A stretch of DNA of 64,000 nucleotides, taken from Malacoraja senta (Eukaryota). Positions within the stretch are counted from its first letter, which is position 1, and every line of letters starts with the position of its first letter. Of this stretch, positions 35,907 through 47,960 are shown one piece after another. Location of the stretch: positions 24,616,001 through 24,680,000 of the forward strand of contig CM075988.1 of the NCBI GenBank assembly GCA_038087875.1, written 5' to 3'. The notes under the pieces were generated by a model. It worked only from the letters and a program-made list of their open reading frames with translations. It was not told the origin of the DNA and ran no database searches. A program made the translations under genes and the position numbers.

Positions 35907-36087
35907 AGATAGACTGAAAAGCTGGAGTAACTCAGCGGGACAGGAGAGAAGGAATGGGTGACATTTCAGGTCGAGACCCTTCTTCAGATTCCTTCTCTCC
36001 AGAGATGCTGCCTGTCCCGCTGAGTTACTCCAGCTTTTTGTGTCTATCTTCGGTTTAAACCAGCATCTGCAGTTCCTTCTTACGCAT
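35907..36087. mobile_element. Penelope-type unit with inverted 5' part
   Basis: Minus-strand hammerhead segment fused to a plus-strand body; 15-bp TSD ttgacacacaaccta (35892-35906, 36088-36102). Confidence 0.78.
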
Positions 36088-37744
36088 TTGACACACAACC
36101 TATCCATTCCCAGGCCAGTTTCTGAAGACTGCTGTAATTGTGGTGCTGTTATTAGTGTATATATTTCTGTTGCAGGAGAGTAAATGTTCAGGTTCTAGAG
36201 ATTTAAGTACAAAAAATCCATGACACCCTCCCAGTGCTGTACTAAGGGACTACTCTCCTATTGAAGATATTCTATTTCAGGTAAGACATCAGACTCAATT
36301 ACAATCTACTCGATCAATCCACCTTCTTTGCAGTTTTTATTTCTATTCCTTGATCTGGATTCATTTTATAAAGTCCAATAATAATTTACTTGGCACTTAA
36401 TATTATCAATTTAATTCATTTTGACTGCTGTTTAATTGGGTATAACTACACAAAGATGATTAGAGTGTTTAATTATCAGAGAAGGAAAAAAAAAGGTTTG
36501 AAGCTGGGAAAAATGTGATTGGGACTCCCGTGAGCCACAAGTCTTTGCCATCATTTACGAGGTGGAAGCACATTCTCTGCTAAACGCAAACACCACTTCA
36601 TGTCAAACACTTGCTCGGCACCATTATGTTGAGTCCTCTAGAATCCGTCCTTGTTTAAACAGGTTTAACATCTTTGCACTCCAGTGTTAAATTATTCAGA
36701 TTAAATTCATTTTAAAGAGAGAGATTACCATTTTTAGGGACTTGTCATGAATGTCACAACTGTTGAACATTATTATAAGCAATTATTAAATTTAAACTCC
36801 AAAGGGAGTTTACCTTTTAATGATATTTCCCTTCTCTTCCAGATCTCGCTACCAGTGGATAACCTGTCGAATACCAGTCTAACAATGGTGTAATACGTGT
36901 GACCTCCGTGTTATCACATTAGGGGAATTTTCAACCCATTAAACTTAATCTCTCCCAGTCCTTGTCTTATTGTCCCACTGGGACATTCGCAATGTGGCGC
37001 AAGGAAACCACTAAAGTGCTTGGAAACACTGTGATTCATGTCAAGCTGATAAATGGTTCACAACATCAATCAATAACCGGTAAATTATTAGCACCTAGCT
37101 TTAAGCTGCTTTAGAGAAACAGCCAGATTCTACCACTTGTCACAAGTTGCTCTATTAAAATGGATGTGACTTTATGGGGATTGTGTTATTGTATTCCAGT
37201 CACATAATTTGCAATGCATTTCACTAGGCATTGCTATATACTATCTTAACTTCTACACTGGGCGTAAATATACACCATCCCAAACCTGGAACTGGGTACA
37301 ATTGTTCACTATCGCAATAATAATACTGGGCACAAGTACAACCAATGCAGCTCTTATGATGGACACAGTTTTCCAACTTTTGGGCACTACTGCACACCAT
37401 CTCAGCAGTGATACGGATATCAGTGAAACTACATCCCATCTCTGAGGATGGGCACAATTACTCACAGTTCCACCCCTGACACTGGGGCATAGGTACACCA
37501 TACCAAACCCTGACATAGCACACACCTGAAGAAGAGTCTCCACCCGAAACATCACCCATTCCATCTGCCTGAGATGCTGCCTGTCCCGCTGATTTACTCT
37601 AGCAATTTGTGTCTATCTTCGGTGTAAACCAGCACCTGCAGTTCCTTCCTACACATAACTACATCCCCACCTCACTTAACGCACTGGATATAGCAATATA
37701 CTATTTCAACCCTGAAAATTAACTTTATACCCATGATGGCGTTG

Positions 37745-38685
37745 CCAGACACGTCCAAAACCATCTTTAAATTCGCTGACGAGACCACTAGTTTTGGATG
37801 AACAATGGGTAATAATGAGTGATCGATATTCTGATCGAGTGGTGCCAGAACAACAATCTTGCTCCCAACATTAGCAAGACCAAGAGGCTAATTGTTGACT
37901 GTGGGAAGGAAAGCCAAAGGACCACGGATATCTGTCTTCATCAGTGGGATGGTGGCAGAGAGAGTTGAATTCTTCAAGTTCCTGGCTGTGCACATTTTTG
38001 ATGATATGCCTGGGTCCACCACAGTGACGCAATCACAAAGTAAGTTCATCAATGCCTCTACTTGCTCAGAAATGTGAGATTTGGCATGTCACCAAATATT
38101 TTACTGAACTTCCACAGGTGTGCATCGGAGAACAGACTGACTGGTTGTATCATGGCCTGGTTCAGTAACTTGAATGCCCAAGAGTGAAGGAGGCTTCAGA
38201 AAGTTGTGGACAATGCTCGGACCATCACATGCACTGACCTCTCCACCATCAAAGAGATCTACAGGAAGCACTACCTCAGGAAGGCAGCTAATATCATCAA
38301 AAAACCACACTACTTCGGTCATGCTCTCATATTCTCATCTCACTGCTGTCATTGAGAGTAAGGTACAGGAGCCTGAGATCCGTTACCGTCAGGTTCAAGA
38401 ACAGTTTCTTCACCTCAACCATCAGGCTCTTGAATCATACCACCCAACCCAAAGTACAACGCGATCTCAGCAACCAACTACTTTGGAATCTGTATGAGAT
38501 TACACTACCTATTTCAGCGTGCATTATTATGGTCAGGATTCCCCACTATAATTGTTCCCTTATTGCAATATTTGTTATTGTATATTTATTTGTTATATTA
38601 TTGTGATAATGTACCTGCAAAGCTGCAGCAAGTAAGAAGTTCATTGTTTCGCTCTTGATGCACATGACAATTAAACACTCTTGAC
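37745..38685 (+). mobile_element. Rex1/Babar-clade LINE 3' fragment
   Basis: TIFKFADETT...IEWCQNNNLAPNISKTKRLIVD..., VEFFKFLAVHI, RYRSLRSVTVRFKNSFFTSTIRLLN; tail cacatgacaattaaacactcttgac. Confidence 0.85.
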
Positions 38686-39079
38686 CTGTCACAATCACCC
38701 ACCATCTCGACTACAACACTGGGTCCAGTAATGCTTTGCTTCAATTCATATTCGACTACAATAATTTAAGCTCTCTGTTCCCAGATACAAATATTCTCGA
38801 TTCCCGTCTCATCAAGTGTGACAATGATTCACAGATAAAGGTAAAGGCCACGATATGTTCCCAGGTGTGGTTGATGTTATTTCATTACTAGCAACAATGT
38901 CTTCAATCATGTATACTCTTTAATCAATAAAGGATATCTAAATGTTGCCGTGTGTTCTGGACACCTAAAAACACAAATGTACTGTGCCAATAGGTACTTA
39001 TGTTTATTCTGCATCATTCATTGTCACTATTCCAGAGGGATGTAATAGCCACTAGTAATCACGGATCTTCAATTCCCCA

Positions 39080-40135
39080 GTACAGTCTTAGATTGATTGA
39101 GAAAAATGTGCTTGAAGATCAAAATATCAGACCTGGCACACAATGTATCAACTGCTGGGTATCAGTAATCCCAGCCCTTTTAAATGCCTCTAAACTCTGG
39201 ACAAACTACAGTAGGCATTTCAAGATACTGGAAAGTTACCACCAATGTTGTCTTCATACGATTGATTGATTGATTGATTGAAAGATAAAGCAGGGAACCA
39301 GGCCTTTCGGCCCGCTGAGTCCATGTCGACCATTGCGCTCCTGTTCACACTTACTCTTTATTATCCCACTATCGCATGAATTCCCTACACACCATGGAAA
39401 TCTATAGAGGCCAATTAAATTACAAACACGCGGATCTTTCTGGTGTGGGAGGAATCTGGAGCCCCCGGAGGAAACCCACGCAGTCATAAGGAGAACGTGC
39501 AAACCCCACACAGACCGCACCCGAGGTCATGATCGAATCTGGTGCGGTGGGGCAGCAGCTTTATGAACTGTGTTGCCTTCATCTTCCGAATCCACTAAAA
39601 GGATAAATAAAGTAAGGCCAGTGAGCTTCATCATGAAGTGAAGCCCTGCTTGTACTCAGTCAGCTATGTTGGGTAGGCCACATTGATTACAAGCCTGCTG
39701 CCAGATTCCTGAAACAGACATTTATCTTGAGCCTAAGGTAGACAAAAAATGCTGGAGAAACTCAGCGGGTGAGGCAGCATTTATGGAGAAAAGGAGTAGG
39801 CGACGTTTCGGGTCGAGACCCTTCATTATTTTGAGCCTTGTCACAGGAGGAAATATTGAAAGATGTGTTCAAGTGGTCATTGAGAAAATGTAATGTCCCC
39901 GATGACTACTCAACGCAGGAGACCATGCATTCACGTTGGTGTCTAGAACTGCAAATCCACGTATCTGAAACATGGAGGATGTCAGTGTAACAGTAGATGC
40001 TGCACACTCCCCACCGACCCTATCCAGCTTCCTGCCCCATCTATGGCAAAGTTTGCAGTTCAAATACTCACCTCCAGTCAACTTTGAAAGCACGGAATTT
40101 GAGTGGAAACAAGTTATGCTCAATCCTGAGGGACA
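39080..40135 (+). mobile_element. Ancient RTE fragment, interrupted by a V-SINE (39262-39570, -) and a Penelope-type unit (39734-39825, -)
   Basis: EDQNIRPGT...VIPALLNASKLWTNYSRHFKILESYHQCCL; the Penelope-type unit has near-perfect TSD ttatcttgagcct/ttattttgagcct. Confidence 0.75.
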
Positions 40136-41699
40136 AGTAACCATCTCTGGTGCATTTTACTGTCTGAACTTGGAAAGTTTAATATCCTCCCTTTTAGAAA
40201 TTGCATAAACGTGCTTCGCTATAGGAAGATTTTTCTCGGCAAAACACAAAGTATTGGAGAAACTGAGCTGGTCGGGCAGCATCTGTGGAGGGAATGGACA
40301 GGTGATGTTTCGTGAAGGTTTCCCGGCTTGGATAGTAAATATCTGATTGAAAATATTTGCGTGTTGAGGGAACAGAGGCACAAAGGTAAAATACAGCAAA
40401 TGGTCAGAACTACAAAGAGAAAGAAAGAACAAAGAATAAACCCTTGAGGATAGTGAAAGACCTAAGAGATATGGTGAGCTGGATCTATAAATAAACAAGA
40501 GCCCTTGACGATAAGTAAAAGTAAGAACAGAGATAGAGACTGTGTGAAAAGCTGAAGTAAAATGAACTGACCCCAGGTATCCAAACCACAGAAAAGAGCT
40601 ACTGCTGAGTAAAAGGCTTGAAGTATCACACACCCTATATTCTGACATCCAAATGATTGGCACGCACAATGAACAAAACCATACTTATGTACAAGGCATG
40701 GTAGGATGCTGTGCACTCACTGCACTGAAAGACTGCTTGAATACAAAGTACCCTACTGGTCCCTTCTGTACGTACTGAAAACAATTTCTTTCTTTTAAAC
40801 GCACAATGAGGATTGCTCCGTTTGCCTGCCCATCATAGTCTCTTGGGTGCATAGGAGGGCCCACTTAATCGGCCATAAATGGGCCACAGCTCAATGGAAA
40901 TCACGGTGTTAGAAATGTGGAATAAGAACTTAACAGGAACACTCTACAGGCACAGGTTAATCAGATTGTGCAATAAGTTACAAAGTATAAAATGGGTTCA
41001 TGAGATGGGTTCATAATAATAATGAGACTGAGGGAAAGAGAGAAACATCTCAAATAATTGGGGTTGTAGGTCTGGAGGAAATCGTAGACGTATGGAAAAG
41101 TGACACTGTTCGAAGGGATTTGAAATTAAGAAAATGTTAATATCCAGGCTCTCTTGCAAATCAAATATGCACTTTGGTTTTTGCCCTATCCAGGTCTAGT
41201 TTATTTATAATTTACTTAATAACTGATAATTTATTGTATATATATATATATTGTTGTTGCATCTAATGTGCTTGTAAATCTGTAGCAAGGAAGTATTTCA
41301 TTGTTCTGGTTCATATAAGAAGCATGTGACAAATAAACAAATCTTCTGGAGATAAACCTTGAATCAAATAGTTGTTTGAAAAATTGCTGGTTTGAAACTA
41401 GGAAATGAACCAAAAGAAGCTGCCAATTAGGTAACCTGAAGTGGAAAGTAAGATAAGAAAATGAAATCTCCAAGGACAATGCAGAGGATAAATTATGATT
41501 CTGAGGAATTTTCAAAGTATTAAATAATAGTCAGTACCATAATTGTTAAGATTGAAATTGCTCCATTTATCTGCCTCTTACGCTTAGGACACATGCAATG
41601 AATAAGAATCAAAAACAAAATAGATTCTGCAAGAGCTAATTGAAGGCCATTATACTTGAAATGGAGAATGCATTAAGTAAATAAATAATGTATGCAATT

Positions 41700-42165
41700 A
41701 AGATAGAAACATAGAAAAATAGGTGCAGGAGTAGGCCATTCGGCCCTTCGAACCAGTACCACCATTCAATATGATCATGGCTGATCATCTAAAATCAGTA
41801 CCCCGTTCCTGCTTTTTCCCCATATCCTTTGACTCCTTTAGCCCTGAGCTAAATCTAACTCTCTCTTGAAAACATCCAGTGAATTAGCCTCCACTGCCTT
41901 CTGTGGCAGAGAATTCCACAGATTCACAACTCGGGGTGAAGAAATCTTTCCTCATTTCAACCCAAAATGACATTCCCCTTATTTTTAAACTGTGACCCCT
42001 GGTCCTGGACTCCCCCAACATCGGGAACATTTTTCCTGCATCTAGCCTGTCCAATCCTTTAAGAATTTTATATATTCTTATAAGATCCCCTCTCATCCTA
42101 AATTCCAGTGAAAACAAGCCCAGTCGACCCATTCTTTCATCATATGTCAAGTCGACCCATTCTTT
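41700..42165 (-). mobile_element. CR1/HER1 3' fragment
   Basis: LTYDERMGRLGLFSLEFRMRGDLIRIYKILKGLDRLDAGKMFPMLGESRTRGH; (ATAGAAAC) tail. Confidence 0.92.
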
Positions 42166-44559
42166 CATCGTGTCATTTATCATAAGATAAACTATGAAAA
42201 GTATAAAATTGTTGGGAAAACCCTTTAAGAAGAAATTATGTCATGTTAATGATCCATACATTTATTCAAATGCAAATTGCCCAACAAGATTTAGGATATG
42301 GGGAAAGGGATTAAGAGAGGATATATTACCTGAGACAATGGCTATGGTTGGGTCGATGGCAGCATTTAAGAAGTCTCCAGAGAACACTAAATGCCTTTGT
42401 ACATTGAGGATCGGGAGCAATTGCTGGAAGATTGAATTAGTGTGGTTGGGTGCCCATTGATAGGTGTGGATGTGGTGGGCTATATCCATACTATAAGTAC
42501 TCATTAAGTCACATGACAAAGGCCTGGATTCCAGAACTTGTTGTTGATTCAGCAGCACCTATTCATTTCACTAAAAATAGCATCTCCCTCTTGAGTCCCC
42601 AACTCAGCTTCTTCCCCTCTGTTATCAGGCATCTGAACCCTAGCTCCCATAAGCTAGGGTGTAGTCCTAGTCCTCCAACCTATCTCATTGCAGACATTAG
42701 ATTTTTTCTCCTGAACTGTAATATTACAATGCTTAAAACTATATTTGGCACTTGAGTATTTTCCTCCTTGTTCTGCCTATTGTACTTGTGTAAGGCATGA
42801 TTTTTTTCATGTACAGTATTATCTGATTTAATTGGAAACAAACACATTTTTTTCACAGTATCTCCACAATAACAAACCAATATCAACATTTTTATGAAGT
42901 TTTTGTTTTTCTGCATCAAAACACAAGGTCAAATGTTGGATTAATAATTAATAGGGAATTCACTATTTCAATGTGAGTCAAGACCAATTTGGAAACAGTT
43001 AATGGTGAAGATACTCAGCGAGGCAGTTGGCATCTGAGGAGAGAGAAACTAATTAACATTTCTGGTCAATAGTTTTTCTTTCTTTCTGATTATGGTTATC
43101 TCTGTTTCCCTATCCATGCACCGCCACCCCCACCCTCTTCTCACTGCTCCCATCAGGCAGGAGGTGGAAGCCTGAAGTCCCATATCACTAAGTTCAGGAA
43201 CATCTACTTTCTTACCACGATCAGGTTCTTAAACCATCCTGCAACTTTAATCTACACTACGGCCCAACTCTTGCATAACTATGGGTTTTTCTTTCTTTTG
43301 TAATTATGTTTTTGCACTAATATCTTACATTTTTACACTGTCATCTTGCTTTTAGAATTTTATGTGTAATTTATGTATACTTATATGTATACTTATTCAT
43401 TTATTCACTTATTTATTATAGATGTTTCATTGTACCAGTCCCTTGCTGTGCTCATGCATATAACAATAAACTTGAACTTGCATAACCTGCAGAGAATTTC
43501 CTGCATTATCTATGTTATTCCAGATTTCCACTAGCTGCAATATTAAGCTTCTTAATAATTGAAGCTTCTGAGGGTTAGTTCCTGCAAATAAGAAGTTTGA
43601 GTTGCACTTTTTGGGGAAAAACTTTTCCACTTTCTTTTTGTTGCTTCCTTTCAGTCGACTTTTATCTCTCTCTATTGCCCTCTCTGTCGACGACTAGATG
43701 TTAATTAATCCTACTTATTTGTACTTCTTTTATTGGTTTGTTGCCAAGTAAATTGAAATACAGCAAAAAATTGTTTTGCAAGCTACCCAGTTAAATTATA
43801 CCATACAGTACTATCAAGCACTCCATGTAGTACAAAGAGAAAAATAACTAGAGTGCTACAGCATCACAACTGAAGAGAAAGTGAAGAAAAAAGAACTGCA
43901 AGAGGCGCAATGAGATAGGTTGGAAGATCAAAACTACACCCTTAGCTCATCAGCTTGCTACTTAGCTCAGTGATCTGATCAGATAACATCATCATGACTC
44001 CTGGGTCCAGGAGGTTGGAGATGATTTAGGTTGGGATAATTTTTTTTATTAATACTTAAACTTTAAAGATTAGTTCTGCACTTCAAGATCTTCTCAAAGA
44101 CCTGGATGAGTCCATTGGAAACACAAGAAATTGTAGATGCTGGAATCTTGAACAAAACACAAAGTGCTGGAGGAATTCAGGTCTGAAGAAGGGTTTCGAC
44201 CAGAAATGTCATCCATTCCTTCTCTCCAGAGATGCTGCCTGTCCCGCTGAGATACTCCAGCATGTTGTGTCTATCTTCGGTTTAAACCAGCATCTGCAGT
44301 TCCTTCCAACACAGATTCTGTTATTCATTAGGTTCCTGGTCAACCTATACCTTATGTTAAGCTACAAGCACTTTTGTTTTTAACAAAATGTGAGAAATGC
44401 AAGAAATTTGAGATTGCAGTTTGCAGGAAAATGTTTCTCTATGCTGCAAGATACTTCCCTCTCACAAAATCCAGCCCCCTTTTATTACAATTGGCTCGCT
44501 CAGGTTTATATATGTTCAGTTGCTGAATCTGGGTGGATGGCTGGTAGAGAAATGGTCAT

Positions 44560-45060
44560 TAAAAAGCTGTGATACTTAAATATTCATGAAGCACTAAGAC
44601 CAGATGGAGCACATCTAAGAGTACTTAAGGAAATGACGGTAGATAGTCTTGGCAGCTTACACCATTCACACCTCATTGGACACAGGGGTAATGCCAGCTG
44701 ACAAGGAAATAGTGAATGTTTCACATCTCAAAAAAAACATTGGAAATGCCGGAGATTATGGCCGCCGTTACCATGATTCCTAATGGAGAAACATTATAAA
44801 CGTCACTGAAAGCAAAGTCAAGAGCATCAACAAGGGAAAGTCTGCAATTCCAAACAAACAATATTTCATGGAAGTCATATCATGCCTTACTAATTTGTTG
44901 CAACTCTTGGAGGACTCAACAAAACTGCTAAAAGAATCAATGTTGCATATTTTAACTTCTGGCACTGGGAATTTTCTGGCTCAGAAGGAAGCCCGTGGGA
45001 ATAAAGCTGAAAGTTATTAAATTATATAATGAAGTGTGCAAATAATGAGAAAAAAAACCA
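44560..45060 (+). mobile_element. Highly decayed CR1 RT fragment
   Basis: gaccagatggagcacatctaagagtacttaaggaa (PDG.H.RVLKE) and tcatgccttactaatttgttgcaactcttggag (SCLTNL..FFE) remnants. Confidence 0.65.
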
Positions 45061-45539
45061 ATTATCAATGGCATTACTTTTAATTAAAATACTCTGAGCA
45101 GTCAAAGTAACAAGAACAACCAGAGTTCCTCTACTGATCATAATTTTTATAAATAATTTGGGGAATAGTTTTGCAAGCGAAAAGGAATATAAAAATCTTA
45201 GAAACTGCAGCAGTGGAAACAAGCCATTTGGGTTATTGTGCCCATGGTAGGCTTAGCTCTGTAAAGGGACTGCATTTTACAATTGGATTGCCCTCTCTTT
45301 GCTTTCTCTGCTCCAATGATGAATTAAAATGTTTTACTTAAATACTGTAATTTTTCATTCCTGATCTAATTCCACTCAATCTTGTTCTCTAGTCTTCTTC
45401 AAGTTGTCATTGATAGGTTTACCTTCATTGTGCAATACTAAAACCCCATCCCCTTCTCTCATTCATCAACAAGCCAGGAATGATTTAAGATCCATTCCAA
45501 GAACTCATTTTGTTTGACACTCCTCGTGTTCCTTCAAGA

Positions 45540-45935
45540 TCATAAGATCATAAGTGATAGGAGCAGAATTAGGCCATTCGGCCCATCAAGTCTACTCCGC
45601 CATTCAATTGTGGCTGATCTATCTCTCGCTCCCAACCCCATTCTCCTGCCCTCTCCCCATAATCTCCGACACCTGTAAACCTCCGACAGCCTTCTGTGGC
45701 AAAGAATTCCACAGATTTACCACCCTCTGACTAAAGAAATTCCTCCTCATCTCCTTCCTAAAAGAACATCCTTTAATTCTGAGGCTATGACCTCTGGTCC
45801 TAGACTCTCCCACTAGTGGAAACATCCTCTCCACATCCACACTATCCAAGCCTTTCACTATTTTGTATGTTTCAATGAGGTCCCCCCTCATTCTTCTGAA
45901 CTCCAGCGAGTACAGGCCCAGTGCCATCAAATGCT
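45540..45935 (-). mobile_element. CR1 3' fragment
   Basis: LGLYSLEFRRMRGDLIETYKIVKGLDSVDVERMFPLVGESRTRGH...WNSLP. Confidence 0.92.
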
Positions 45936-46394
45936 TCAAGTGTTCTAAGGTAGTAGAAAAACACCAGAGAAATGCCAGTTTTTCTTCATGCCATTCTGAA
46001 CCCACATGCCCCTTGCTTTACTAGATGTATTTCTAACAAGATTAAGTTGAGAACTTGCGACTGAAGTTCCTCTGTCAAGTCTAAGGCTTCCACCAGGGAT
46101 ACTGAATGTTCCCGAGGCTTTCTTCTTCAGTTGGGATTGGGGTTTTCAAATTCTTCCCAGTCAAGGCTGGGTGCGAGTTGAAATGGATAGCTTATTGTGG
46201 AATCAAGGGGACTCATGTGAAGGACACAATCACACTAGGAGTGTTATTCTTTTCTTTCCTTCCAGAAGGCGCTGATTGCATCTGTTCTTGATATATTTCC
46301 TCCATTCTTGGGTCTCTCTCAGGTGAATCCTTGAGTAGGCACAAAATGCTGGAGTAACTCATCGGGTCAGAGCTTGAGTGTTTGACATTTTTGG

Positions 46395-46845
46395 TTTGAC
46401 AGCTGATTTTGGCAATGCTGAAGACCTCATCTTTCCACCAACCATCATCCACTCCTAGGAGAAGGACACATGCCAGTGGGCTTTTGAACCAAGATAATTG
46501 TGACCATTCTCAGGAGGCAAAACTGATGACTATAAGTATACAAGGGTCTCCGTGCCATCTGTCACAGTCTCAGTTATGGGCAGGGTCCTCCTCAACGAAC
46601 TCCTTCCAGTAGCTGAAGTACTGCTCCATGAATCGGTGTGGATTCTACCCAAATAAATAAAGACAAAACTGACATGATCATCAGCATGTTAGCTCCAAGA
46701 AAATTACAACAGTAGCATCGACCACTATTAATGTCGCTTTCTGACCTCACAAAACCTTTTGAGTTCATCATTTGGGAGGTACCACGGAGCATCTTCTCAA
46801 ATCCGTCTGATGAAACTCATCTCCATCTCTTGTCTCCTTCATGTA
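46395..46845 (+). mobile_element. Ancient RTE reverse transcriptase fragment
   Basis: IVTI...GRVLLNELLPVAEVLLHES.CGF.P...TDMI....QE....PL...DLTKPF, colinear with RTE RT domains. Confidence 0.75.
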
Positions 46846-46949
46846 GGGAACCATCAGATCGACAGCTCATGTCAATAAACTTGTGAATGAAACAAAAAAT
46901 GGTGATGGGGAAGACAATGGAGGGAGTTATCAATGATTGTAACTGGAAT

Positions 46950-47525
46950 TGGGACATCATGTTGCCGCTGTTCAAGGCATTGGTTAGGCCATGTAAGAAG
47001 TACGACGCAATTCTGGCCACCCTACTCTCGGAACAATATCATTGAACTGGAGAGGGTGCAAACAAATATTTCCAATTATGTAATCGGGTATGAAGGGTTT
47101 GAGCTATAAGGAGAGGATGGATAGGTTGTGTCTATTTTCCCTGAAGTGTCAGAGGCTGAGGAATGAGCATGTAGAGGTTTATAAATCCATGAACGGCTTA
47201 GATAAGTGGAATAGCCACAGTCTTTTCCCCAGAGTAAAAGAGTCTAAAAATAGATAGCACATATTTCAGATGAGAGAGGAGAGATTAAAAAAGTTCCTGA
47301 GGGACAACCTTTTCACACAGATGTTGCTGTGCATATAGAATGAGTTCCCAGAGGAATTGGCAGAGACAGATGCAACTGCAATATTTAAAAGACACTTTGA
47401 CAGAGACATGGACAGGGAGGTTTGGAGGGACATGCATTAGGAAGAGAAAGTAGAGTTAGCTTAGTTAGGCAACTTGGTTGCATGGACAAGTTGGATCGAA
47501 GGGCTCGTTTCCATGCGGTATGACA
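46950..47525 (+). mobile_element. Old CR1 3' fragment
   Basis: LFKALVRP..., attgaactggagagggtgcaa (LERVQ), gagctataaggagagg (SYKER). Confidence 0.8.
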
Positions 47526-47749
47526 AAAGTATATCATCAGTCTAACAATTCTCTCAATCTTTCTTGCCATACCTCTGCAGCTCACTTCCAACAAGCTTCC
47601 TTTTAGAGTGGAAGGAATTCATATAACAAATGGAAATGATATCACCACCACACGAACCAAGGTGACCCCACTTCAGACATCAACTGGCAGTATACAGACA
47701 ATGCCTGCATAGATACATGCTTGGTGGTTTGGGAACAAAGCCTTATCAG

Positions 47750-47960
47750 CCGCAGACTGGCGCGTAAATCAATAAACAGCGCTACAGACAAAGCAATACA
47801 CACAGCGCTGCCGGTTTGGCGCGCAAAGGTTTTAAACAAATAAGTGTTGGTTTAGCGCGTGGGGATTTAAACAAAGAGCTGTCGACTGCAGCGCTATGCG
47901 GTTTAAATATAGTGCGACCGGCCACAGCGCTATGGGCTTTAAACGCAGCGCTGTGGCCAC
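47750..47960 (+). promoter_or_regulatory. CpG-rich motif array (E2F / CDE-CHR-like)
   Basis: AGCGC-N7-TTTAAA three times (47854, 47890, 47926), GGCGCGC-N6-TTTAAA (47818), TTTGGCGCGCAAA, and five CAGCGCT. Confidence 0.4.
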
